Positions 49,697 to 58,939 of a stretch of DNA of 64,000 nucleotides are shown piece after piece. The translations under genes and the position numbers were made by a program. The stretch is from an uncultured Gemmatimonadaceae bacterium (GTDB lineage: Bacteria > Gemmatimonadota > Gemmatimonadetes > Gemmatimonadales > Gemmatimonadaceae). Position 1 is the first letter of the stretch. Each line of letters opens with the position of its first letter. Below the pieces are notes generated by a model. That model was not told where the DNA came from. It searched no databases and was given only the letters and a program-made list of their open reading frames with translations. The stretch spans positions 1,280,001-1,344,000 of the forward strand of contig CAWJMB010000002.1 in assembly GCA_963843845.1 (NCBI GenBank). The letters run 5' to 3'.

Positions 49697-50567
49697 GCGA
49701 GCCCGCGACGGCCGAGCCGTCGGCGTCCGCTCGCTGGCGCCCTCGCGACTGTCACGCGCATTCGACCTTCTCCGACGGCGCCCTCGATCCGGCGGACGTC
49801 GTCGCCCGCGCGCGATCGGCGGCGTGCGGCCGAGCATCACCGACCATCTGTCGGGCGACGTGTCGATGGCCGTGTCGACCATCGAGCACGTGCGCGAGTA
49901 CCTCGACGCGCTCGAGGCGCTGCGAGCGTCGGACGCGCCCGACCTCGCGATCGGCGGCGAGTTCTGCTGGCACGACACGCTCTGGCGCGATGCTGCCGAC
50001 CGACCTCTGGACGCGCTTCACGCACACCATCGGCTCGCTGCACGCCGTCTGGCTCCCCGACGGCTCGCGACTGCACGCGTTCCAGCGCCGCTGGCCGGAC
50101 GCGCTCGACGCCGACGCCTACATGGACGCGCACGTCGAGAACCTCGAGCGGTTCGCCCGCGAGATGCCCGTCGACGTGCTCGCCCACCCGACCTTGCTCC
50201 CACTCGCCCTCCGGACGCGTCCGCTCGACGAGCTGTGGACCGAGGCGCGCGAGGAGCGCGCCGTCGCCGCGTTAGGCCGCGCCGGCATCGCGTTCGAGGT
50301 GAGCAATCGGTACCGCCCGCACGAGCGTTTCGTCCGCCGCGCCGTCGCCGCCGGCGTCCGCCTCGCGTTGGGCTCCGACGGGCACAGCGAGGCGCAGATC
50401 GCCGACGTCGCCTGGCCGCTCGCCGTCGCCCGTGCGCTCGGCGTGCCGGACGAGGCGCTCTACGATCCGGCCGTGCACGGTCGTCGCGAACCGGGACACG
50501 GAGATCGGGGATCGGGGGGGAGTCGGAACCGATCTCCGGTCTCCGACCCCCGACCCCCGGCGGGTAG
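49693..50567 (+). CDS. PHP-domain phosphoesterase (histidinol phosphatase-like; indels; end approximate)
   Basis: DCHAHSTFSDG, SITDH, GSLH, VLAHP, GSDGH. Confidence 0.82.
50491..50560. repeat. GGGGATC-family inverted-repeat element (copy 4, degenerate) at the PHP gene 3' end
   Basis: ccgggacacggagatcggggatcgggg ... ccgatctccggtctccgacccccgacccccgg. Confidence 0.7.
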
Positions 50568-50570
50568 GCG

Positions 50571-51935
50571 ATGCCGACCTACCTCGCCCGCTGGCTCCTC
50601 CCGATCTCCACGCCCCCCGTCGAGCACGGCGCCGTCGCCGTCGACGACACGGTCTCATCACCTACGTCGGCCCCGCCGCCGCCGCGCCGCCGGACGCCTG
50701 CGTCGATCTCGGTGACGCCGCACTGCTCCCGGGGCTCGTCAACGCGCACACGCACCTCGAGCTGACGGCGATGCGCGGCTTCCTCGAGCGGCTCGACTTC
50801 GTGACGTGGATCCGCACGCTCACCCGCGCCCGTGCCGAGGTGCTCGACGACGCCGCGCTGCTCGACGCCGCGCGGCTCGGCGTCGCGCGAGGGACTCGCG
50901 GCGGGGATCACGACCTACGCCGACACCATCGCGGCGGGCACGCCGATGCAGGCGCTCGTCGACGCGGGGGCGCGCGGCGTCGTCTATCAGGAAGTGTTCG
51001 GCCCTGCGCCAGCGCAGCGCGCGCGACTCGCTCGCCGGGGTGCGGACGGCCGTCGCACGCCTCCGCGCGCTCGCGACGCCGCTCGTGCGGGTCGGCGTCT
51101 CGCCGCACGCGGTGTTCACGGTCCACGAAGACCTGCTCGTCGACGTCTGCGCGTGGGCCGTGGCCGAAGGGCTGCCGGTCGCGATGCACGTCGGCGGAGA
51201 GCGGCGCCGAGATGCGCTTCTCTGCGCGAGGGCGACGGCCCGTTCGCCGATGGGCTCCGCGCGCGCGGCATCGAGGTCGTGCGGCGCGCGCACTCGCCGG
51301 TGCACCTGCTCGTCGAGTTCGGCGTCGCCGCAGTCGCGCGGCCGCTGCTCATCCACGGCGTGCACTTCGACGCGAGCGACATCCACTTCGCCGCCGAATA
51401 CGGCTGCCCCGTCGCGCACTGCCCGGCGTCGAACGCGAAGCTCGGCCACGGCGTCGCTCCGCTCGCGCGAGATGCTCGCGCCGGCATCGTCGTCGGGCTC
51501 GGCAGCGACTCGGTGGCGAGCAACAATCGCATGGACCTCCTCGACGAGGCGCGGCTCGCGGTGCTCGTGCAGCGCGCCCGCACTCGCGCGCCACGACGCG
51601 CTCACGGCGACGCACGCCCTCGCGCTCGCGACGCTCGGCGGCGCGCGCGCGCTCGGGCTCGGCGATCGCGTCGGCTCGCTCGAGGTCGGGAAGGAGGCCG
51701 ACCTCGCGGCGTTCGCGCTGACGGGCCGCGCGGCATCTCGGCCGGCGACGTGGCGGCGACGCTCCTCGTTTTCGGTCGCCGGGCGCGCCGCGCCACTTCG
51801 TCACCGTCGCGGGGCGCGAGCTCGTGCGCGACGGGCGCGCTCGATGGCCCACGATCCCGCCGCTCGTGGAGCGCGTCGGCGACGACGCCGAGCGGCTTGC
51901 GACGCAGTGGGGCGCGCGCGCTACGCGAGGGCTGA
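50571..51935 (+). CDS. Amidohydrolase family (MtaD / SAH deaminase-like; many indels)
   Basis: LLPGLVNAHTHLE, SPHA, MH..E, HGVH, HCPASNAKLG, GLGSDS..SNN, GSLEVGKEAD. Confidence 0.87.
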
Positions 51936-51948
51936 GCGCGCGTCCGGT

Positions 51949-51954
51949 TATACT
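51949..51954 (+). promoter_or_regulatory. -10 element (TATACT) upstream of the HNH gene
   Basis: Near-consensus hexamer in an AT-richer intergenic stretch; RBS GGAGG precedes GTG 52017. Confidence 0.5.
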
Positions 51955-52016
51955 GTTCCGCGCGGTTCGCTGACTGGTCTATACGGAAACAGACGACCGC
52001 ACCGTCGGAGGTGTGC

Positions 52017-52601
52017 GTGATCGTCGGCTGTCTGGCCCTGAACGCTTCATTCGAGCCGCTGACGATGGTGCCGGTGCGCCGCGCGCTGCGCCTCGTCATC
52101 GACGGCAAGGCGGAGATCGTCGAGACCGACCCGGCGCGCGTCGTGCGCTCGGCGTCGCTCAGCATGCCGCGCCCGGCGGTGATCCGGCTGACGAAGTTCG
52201 TGCACGTCCCGCGGCGCTTTCGCCGGCAGGTGACGAACACGTTCCTGTTCGCGCGCGACCACTACCGCTGCCAGTACTGCGGCCGCGCCGCGGTCGAGCT
52301 CAAGCCGCGCGAGGCGCTGACGCGCGACCACCTCATCCCGATGTCGCGCGGCGGCACGAACGAGTGGACGAACGTCATCACCGCGTGCAGCACGCTGCAA
52401 CACGCGCAAGGCGAACCACTTCCCGCACGAGATCGGCATGCACCCGCTCTCGCAGCCGGTCGAGCCGCACTTCGTGCACCTGAGCTGGGCCGTGCGCCGA
52501 CTCACGCCGACCAGGCGAAGTACATCCGCGTGTTCTACGGCACCGAGACGCTGCAGCACGTCGAGCGCATGGAGCGCCGGGCGCAGCCCAGGCCGGCCTG
52601 A
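52017..52601 (+). CDS. HNH endonuclease (McrA-like; indels)
   Basis: LALNASFEPL, P.VIRL, LFARDHYRCQYCG, TRDHLIP.SRGG..W.NV.TAC..CN..K. Confidence 0.88.
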   Translation: MIVGCLALNASFEPLTMVPVRRALRLVIDGKAEIVETDPARVVRSASLSMPRPAVIRLTKFVHVPRRFRRQVTNTFLFARDHYRCQYCGRAAVELKPREALTRDHLIPMSRGGTNEWTNVITACSTLQHAQGEPLPARDRHAPALAAGRAALRAPELGRAPTHADQAKYIRVFYGTETLQHVERMERRAQPRPA

Positions 52602-52623
52602 CTCCGCCGGCGGACGCCGCTGC

Positions 52624-54211
52624 CTAACGGCGAGCCGCGGTGCGCAACGGGGGGGCGCTGGCCGGCGGGCGGCGGTGGTGCGTCGCCTGCTCGTAGTCGT
52701 AGGCGAGCGCGAAGAGGCGCCCCTCGCTCCACGCGCGGCCGAAGAACGTCATCCCCGCTGGCAGCGCCTCGCCGTTGGGCGAGCGCGTCCACCCCATCGG
52801 CACCGTGATCGCCGGAAAGCCGGTCTGCGGCGAGAAGAGCTGGCTGTTGTCGCCGGCGGGGGTGTTCAGATCGCCGATGAGCGCGGCGGATTGCTCCACG
52901 TCGGGTAGACCAGCGCGTCGAGGCGCAGCGAGTCCATGAGCGCCATGACGGCCACGCGCAGCGCGGCGCGCGACGCCGCTCGCGCCGCGCGCATCCCGGG
53001 CTCTGCTCGGGCGGCTCCGTCACCGCGCGCCGCGTCGCGCAGCCGGAGCTCGACGGTCGGGTGGAAGCGCGCGGCGACCGCAGCACCTCGTCGACGCGTC
53101 GTGACCGGGCGCGTTCGGCCCGCGCGTCGGCGAGGTAGCGCTCGAGGTCGGCCTTGAAGCGGTTGCAGCCGCCGCGCTGCGGCGCGAGGATCGCGTCGAG
53201 CGAATCGACGCGCGCCGTGTCGAGACGACGGCGCCGGCCGCGCCGCAGATCGCGCCACCGCGCGCGCGAACGCGCGCGAGCGACCGCCGAGTCGGCGACG
53301 GGCGCTCGTACGCCTGGCGCAGCACGCCGATGCGTGCGCCCTTGAGTCCGCCGGCGACGAGGACGCGCGGTAGTCGACGCCGCGCGCTCGCGTCGGCCTG
53401 CGCGTCACCGAGTCGGCCGGATCGGCGCCGGCGACGACCTGGAACACGGCCACCGCGTCGGCGACGGTGCGCGCCATCGGGCCGGCGACGTCGGCCGACG
53501 CGTTGAGCGGCACGACGCCGGCGCGCGACGTGAGCCCCATCGTCGAGCGGATGCCGACGAGCGCCTGGTACGACGACGGCCCGCGGATCGAGTTGCCGGT
53601 GTCGGTGCCTAACCCCACCTCGCCGAGGTTCGCCGCGACCGCCGCCGCCGTGCCGCCGCTCGAGCCGGCGGTCACGCGGTCGAGCGCGTACGGGTTGCGC
53701 GTGTAGCCGGGCAGGATCGAGCTCACCGTCTCGTAGCGGCGTGAACGCCCACTCCGCGAGATTCGACTTCGCCAGCACGATCGCGCCGGCCTCACGCGAT
53801 CCGCCGACCATCGTCGCGTCCTGCGGCGGCCGCCACCCGGCGAGCGCGAGCGACCCCGCCGTCGTCGGGCAGGTCCGTCGTCTCGAAGTTGTCCTTCACG
53901 ATCATCGGCACGCAGTGCAGCGGCCCCGCGGGCCCCTCGCGCGCGAACCGCCGGTCGAGCGAGTCGGCGACCGCGAGCGCCTGCGGGTTGACGACGACGA
54001 GCGCGTTCAGCGCGGGCCCGCGCTTGATCGTATGCCGCGATGCGCGCGAGATAGCCTGTACGAGCGCGCGGCAGGTGAGCGTCCGCGCTCGCATCGCCGC
54101 GTGCACGGCGGCGATCGTCGTCTCCTCCACTCGGACGCGCTGCGCGTGCGTCGCGACCGGCATCGCCGTCGGAAGCAGTGCCACGATGCTACGAAGGATC
54201 AGGCGGTGCAT
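52624..54211 (-). CDS. Amidase signature family protein (secreted; many indels)
   Basis: [54 protein letters not shown]. Confidence 0.9.
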
Positions 54212-54270
54212 GGGCTCGATTGAAGGAACGTTCGAAGATGCTCAGGATGCGGTGGTCCCGACGGCACGAC

Positions 54271-54936
54271 TCACGGCCGGAACGTCACCGACCTCGTCTC
54301 GTAGTGCCGCGTCTCGCTGCCTAACAGTCGGACGGTCAGCGTGCGAAGCCCCCGTCCGATCGCCGTGCCCGGATTCCGCTCGCCGCGCACCGTCGGACGC
54401 AGCTCGCCGCGCAGCCACCGCTGGACCTCGTCCAGATCGCTCACCGACAGCGCCTCGACGTCTGCCGTCGCACTGTAGTACGAGCGTCGCCCTTTCGGGG
54501 CGGCGATCGGCACACGGTACGGCCGCTCCGCCGCGATCGCCGCGTCCGAGCGCGCCGTGAACTCGCCGAGCGGCGTCACCTGCTCGCCGACGATCCGTGC
54601 GACCGCGTACGTGCCGCGTAGCGGGTCGTAGCGCAGCACGACGTCCCATTCGCGTGCCCCGCGCAGGTCGTCGAACCACCGCGCTGCCGCCCAGAGCTCG
54701 ACACGGAAGTGAATGCGCAGTGGAAAGCCGTGCTGCAGCAGCTCGCGCAGCTCGCGCTCCTCGACGACGCCGTAGACGCGCGCCAGGGGGCCTTCCGACG
54801 ACAGGGCCGACGCTTCCGGAAGCCGCACCTCGAGCCCGGCGCGCGCCTGCGCCCACGCGGCGAGCGGCGCCAGCGTCGCGACGATCGCCCACCGCGCGAG
54901 CAGCCGACGCGATCCACGCCGAGGGCGAGCGAACAT
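54271..54936 (-). CDS. DUF4390-like exported protein
   Basis: Signal peptide; LRELLQHGFPLRIHFRVELW..RWFD..LRYDPL..Y resembles DUF4390, which often neighbours NtrY/NtrX-like systems. Confidence 0.6.
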   Translation of the reverse strand: MFARPRRGSRRLLARWAIVATLAPLAAWAQARAGLEVRLPEASALSSEGPLARVYGVVEERELRELLQHGFPLRIHFRVELWAAARWFDDLRGAREWDVVLRYDPLRGTYAVARIVGEQVTPLGEFTARSDAAIAAERPYRVPIAAPKGRRSYYSATADVEALSVSDLDEVQRWLRGELRPTVRGERNPGTAIGRGLRTLTVRLLGSETRHYETRSVTFRP

Positions 54937-54952
54937 CAGCGATGCGGCGCGG

Positions 54953-56743
54953 TCAGAACCGTCGCCGCACGCGCAGCAGCACGTTCGCCGACTGGCTCGG
55001 GCGCGTGATCGATTTCGCGACGTAGAGACCGACGCTGACGACGTCCGAACGCCCGCCGCTCCCGAAGTCGATTCCGGCGCCGACGTCCGCGAGGTACGTG
55101 TTCAGGGGGGGCGCGCTGCGGTACACGCGGTCGGTCTCCGGCTCGCCGACGAGCCACCCGCGCCCCGCGTCCGCGAACAGCACCCAGTCGGTGCGGAGCG
55201 GCACGCGCGCGAGCAGGCGATCGAGCGGCAGGTCGAGATGGATCGGTCCGCGCCCTTCGATCTGCGCGAGCGCGAACCGCTCGCACTGGGCCGGCGCGCC
55301 TGACGTCTGGATGCCGAGCACCGCGCAGGTGCCGCGGTCCGACCCGAGCGACGTCGGCCGGCGAAAGTCGAACCCGGGAAGCCCTCCCGGCCCCGTCACC
55401 GAGAAGCGCCGCTGCAGCGGAAGTGGATCGCCGCCCGATCGTCCGCCCGCGACGAGCCGCAGGTTGACCTGCACCTCGGTCGACAGGCGATTGTAGCGCC
55501 GCACGTCGAGCAGGCCGCGCGTGTAGCTCCGCCGCCCGGGCCGCGTATCGCGCGTTCCCGGCAGCGGCTCGGCGGAGAGGATCGGCGAGACGTCGGCGGA
55601 CACGGGGCCGAACGACGCGATCGTGCCGCGCCCGTGTTCGACGTCCGCGTCGACGTACCACCCGGCCCAGGGCGTCGACGCGTCGGTGCGCGTATCGAGA
55701 TGCACCGCGGCGGACGCGATGTGCATCGTCCCTTCATCCATCCGCGGATTGGCGCGCCACGCCGCCCCGTTGCGGAAGATCGAGAACGGATCGCGCGTCG
55801 GCGCGTTGCTCCACCGCTCGTCGGCGTACGAGAGCGTGACGCTCCGCGTCGCCCCGCGGTACAGCGTCGCGAACAGGCTGCCGCCGTGTCGCGTGTAGTA
55901 GTCGCGGTAGTCGCGGCGCGAGACGAGCGACGCGAGCCCGACCTCCGCGTCGCCGAGCTGCCAGCGCTCGACCGGGGCGATCTCGTCGTAGAGCCGGCCG
56001 CCCAGCTCGACGCCGCGGCGCCGTCCGAGGCGCACGGCGCCACGCACCGAGTGACCGATCGTCGCGCCGTCGGCGTCGAAGGCGCCCGCCGTGCGGTAGA
56101 TGAGTAACGCGTCCACGTTCGCCTCCACCGCGCCGACCGTCGTCGCCAGCGTCGGTCCCACCTCGATCGGAAGCCCTTCGACGCGGTTGTACGTGCGCGC
56201 CGTCGTCACGCGGATGCCGACGCCGTTGTCCGGCGCCAGCCGGCGCGGCCACGGCCACCACTTCGCCGTGCCACCCGCCTCGGGCTCGTCGGCGACGAGC
56301 TGCTCGCCGTCGCGCCGGAAGTACAGCACCTGACGGTAGATCCGCAGCTCCCCGCCGATCGACGCCTGTCCGCGACCGTCGACGACGCCGCCGACGATGA
56401 TCACATCGCCACCGACGCGCGCCGGGCGCGTGAACGTGAGATCCGCGTTGATGACCAGCACCCGACCGGTCACACGCCCCGCGATCGTCGCCGGCCCGCC
56501 GAGGATGGCGACGTCGCCGACGATCGAGTCGCTCGCCGCGAGATCGAACGCGCCGACGACGCGCCGCGTCGTGCTCGCGTTGTACAGCTCGACGACGCGC
56601 GCCGTCACCTCGCGCGGCAGCGACGGTCCGTCGCTCGTATCGCGCGGTGCGCCGGTCTGCGCAGCGACGCGTCCGACAGGGACGGCGAGTGCCGCGGCGA
56701 GCGCACACGCGGCGAGCGCGCACGCGGCGAGACGTCGGATCAT
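54953..56743 (-). CDS. Omp85-like outer-membrane barrel with an N-terminal bactofilin-like beta-helix
   Basis: Signal peptide; GDVAILGG..IAGRVTG..VGGDVIIVGG repeats; YNRVEGL; LPGFDF (VRGF-like) loop; FADAGRGW; DVGAGIDFG; terminal F. Confidence 0.7.
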   Translation of the reverse strand: MIRRLAACALAACALAAALAVPVGRVAAQTGAPRDTSDGPSLPREVTARVVELYNASTTRRVVGAFDLAASDSIVGDVAILGGPATIAGRVTGRVLVINADLTFTRPARVGGDVIIVGGVVDGRGQASIGGELRIYRQVLYFRRDGEQLVADEPEAGGTAKWWPWPRRLAPDNGVGIRVTTARTYNRVEGLPIEVGPTLATTVGAVEANVDALLIYRTAGAFDADGATIGHSVRGAVRLGRRRGVELGGRLYDEIAPVERWQLGDAEVGLASLVSRRDYRDYYTRHGGSLFATLYRGATRSVTLSYADERWSNAPTRDPFSIFRNGAAWRANPRMDEGTMHIASAAVHLDTRTDASTPWAGWYVDADVEHGRGTIASFGPVSADVSPILSAEPLPGTRDTRPGRRSYTRGLLDVRRYNRLSTEVQVNLRLVAGGRSGGDPLPLQRRFSVTGPGGLPGFDFRRPTSLGSDRGTCAVLGIQTSGAPAQCERFALAQIEGRGPIHLDLPLDRLLARVPLRTDWVLFADAGRGWLVGEPETDRVYRSAPPLNTYLADVGAGIDFGSGGRSDVVSVGLYVAKSITRPSQSANVLLRVRRRF

Positions 56744-56812
56744 GACTCCGTGGGTCGACGATGACGTGCCCGCACTCGCGGGCGCCGCGGTCGCAGGCAG
56801 GACGTTCCTATC

Positions 56813-58192
56813 TTAATTGCCGCCGATGCCCAACCGCCGCATCCGCCGATACAGGCTCGGCCGATCGGTCTGCAGGCGGCGCGCGGCCTCCGCGACGTTC
56901 CCGGTCGCGACGGCGAGCGCGCGGACGATGAGCGTGCGCTCGTACTCGTCGAGCGCGTCGGCGAGCGGCACCTCCGCTCCCGCGGCGGCCGCCGCGGACA
57001 GCGCTTCTTCACGAACCGCACTCCGCCCGTCGAGCGGCACTACCTGGCGAACGCGCTGCTCGTCGATCGTCTCGCCGCTGTGCAGAATCGCCAGCCGCTC
57101 GATGATGTTCGCCAGCTCGCGCACGTTCCCCGGCCACCGGTACTGCGTCAGTGCGCGGACGCCCCCCTCGCTCCAGACCGGCGCCGGCCGCCCCGAGCGC
57201 GTGCGATACAGGGCGGAGAAGTGCTGCACGAGCGCCGGCACGTCGTCGAGGCGGTCGCGGAGCGGCGGCAGCGCGATCGGCATGACGTCCAGGCGGAAGA
57301 GGAGATCTTCGCGGAACGTGCCCTCGGTGACGCAGCGCGCGAGCTCCTTGTTCGTCGCGGCCACGACGCGCACGTCGATGCGAACGGGCCGACCTCCGCC
57401 GACGCGCTCGATCTCCTTCGCCTCGAGCGCGCGCAGCAGCTTCGCCTGCGCCTCCAGGCCGAGATCGCCGACCTCGTCGAGCAGCAGCGTCCCGCCCGTC
57501 GCCAGCTCGAAGCGCCCGATACGCCGGTCGGTCGCGCCGGTGAACGCTCCACGCTCGTGGCCGAACATCTCGCTCTCGACGAGATCGCGCGGGATCGCGG
57601 CGCAGTTCACGCGGACGAAGGGCCGGTCCCGCCGCGCGCTCGCCGCGTGAATCGCCGCGGCGGCGAGCTCCTTCCCCGTGCCGCTCTCGCCGGTGATGAG
57701 CACGCGCGCATCCGTCGGGGCGACTCTGCCTAACAGATCGCGCACGGCGCGCATCGGCGCACTCTCGCCGACCATCGCGCCGTTCAGCCCGAGGTCCTCG
57801 CGCAGCGCCCGCGCCGCGCGACGCGCCTGCCGCAGCTCGAGCGCCGAGGCGAGCGCGAGCAGCACCCCCTCCGGCGTGAGCGGCTTCTCGAGGAAGGTGA
57901 ACGCGCCGAGCTTGGTGGCGCGCACCGCATCGGCGAGCCCGGCACGCCCGCTCATCATGACGACGGGCAGCTCGGGAAACTGCTCGCGCAGCTTCGCCAG
58001 GACGCCGATCCCGTCGAGCTCTCCGGGCATCATGAGGTCGAGCAGCACCACGTCCGGCTCGGCCGCCACGGCCTGCGCGACGCCGGCCGGGCCATCGGCC
58101 GCGTCGCGCACCTCGTACCCCTCGCCCACGAGCAGCGCACCGACCATCCGCCGGATGTTCGGCTCGTCGTCGACGAGCAGGACGCTCGGCAT
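56813..58192 (-). CDS. Sigma-54-dependent response regulator (NtrX/NtrC-like)
   Basis: REC (VDDE, LDLMMP, FLEKP), GESGTGKE, ESEMFGHERGAFTGA, WPGNVREL, Fis-type HTH. Confidence 0.95.
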   Translation of the reverse strand: MPSVLLVDDEPNIRRMVGALLVGEGYEVRDAADGPAGVAQAVAAEPDVVLLDLMMPGELDGIGVLAKLREQFPELPVVMMSGRAGLADAVRATKLGAFTFLEKPLTPEGVLLALASALELRQARRAARALREDLGLNGAMVGESAPMRAVRDLLGRVAPTDARVLITGESGTGKELAAAAIHAASARRDRPFVRVNCAAIPRDLVESEMFGHERGAFTGATDRRIGRFELATGGTLLLDEVGDLGLEAQAKLLRALEAKEIERVGGGRPVRIDVRVVAATNKELARCVTEGTFREDLLFRLDVMPIALPPLRDRLDDVPALVQHFSALYRTRSGRPAPVWSEGGVRALTQYRWPGNVRELANIIERLAILHSGETIDEQRVRQVVPLDGRSAVREEALSAAAAAGAEVPLADALDEYERTLIVRALAVATGNVAEAARRLQTDRPSLYRRMRRLGIGGN

Positions 58193-58201
58193 GTGCGACG
58201 A

Positions 58202-58939
58202 TCAGCGCGGGATGGCGGCGCGTCCGACGGCGGGAGCGTTCGACAGCACTGCGTCGGTCGGCGCGGGCAGCCGCTCGGTGAGCAGCCGCGCGGAGTACCG
58301 CTGCGCCTCCGAAACACGCTCGACTTCGACGGCCATCGTCTCGATCGCCTGCTCGATGCGATCGAATCGCATGCCGAAGTCGGACGGCACTGGCGCGGCT
58401 GCTGCCGTCCGGCGGTCGATGCGCCGCCCGAGCGCGCGCGCGATCGGGAAGAGAATGATGACCGACGCGATGAGCCCGAAGATCATGCCGACGAGCGGAA
58501 CGATCTCGTCGGGAATGTCGTCGTGCGGCGGGAACGGCGGCGCCCCACCGTCGGCCACCGTGATCGCCTCCTGCCGACGATTCGCCGCCTCGGCCAACCG
58601 TCTGATCGGCTCGCTCCACGGGCCGGGGGCGAGGGTCGCCGACGGGGCATCGCCGGACTGGATGGTCGTCTGCCCGCTCTGGTCGACGGAGATCACGGTG
58701 CGCTGTCCCGACGCGTCGACGATCGTCGTCGTGCGCCCGTCGGGCGACGTTCTGATCTGCGTGCCTTCGACGGCGACGCCCGCCCGTGCCTCCTGCGCCA
58801 TCGCCGCGTCGACGTCCGCGCGCGCCTGTGCGATCGCCGCATCGGCGCGCGCGGTGCGGGCAGCCTGTCCCGCGGCCTGCGCCGCGGCCTGCGCGGGCTG
58901 AGGCGGCCGAACGACTGGGTCGTGAGCGAACGCGTTCAT
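58202..58939 (-). CDS. Hypothetical membrane protein with a C-terminal coiled coil
   Basis: ATG overlaps the HK stop; one TM (LVGMIFGLIASVIILFPIARAL) then RFDRIEQAIETMAVEVERVSEAQRYSARLL. Confidence 0.75.
   Translation of the reverse strand: MNAFAHDPVVRPPQPAQAAAQAAGQAARTARADAAIAQARADVDAAMAQEARAGVAVEGTQIRTSPDGRTTTIVDASGQRTVISVDQSGQTTIQSGDAPSATLAPGPWSEPIRRLAEAANRRQEAITVADGGAPPFPPHDDIPDEIVPLVGMIFGLIASVIILFPIARALGRRIDRRTAAAAPVPSDFGMRFDRIEQAIETMAVEVERVSEAQRYSARLLTERLPAPTDAVLSNAPAVGRAAIPR

Noticed and set aside
22582..50560. Repeats as a CRISPR array
   Set aside because: No regularly spaced identical repeats with unique spacers and no cas genes; these are short inverted or tandem elements.
52017..52601. 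HNH gene as a mobile element or defence island marker
   Set aside because: A common stand-alone McrA-like family; no flanking repeats, methylase or composition shift.
2287..57734. TTAGGC equals the nematode telomere repeat; possible contamination or telomere-like array
   Set aside because: Copies are single, dispersed and in frame within bacterial genes, never tandem.
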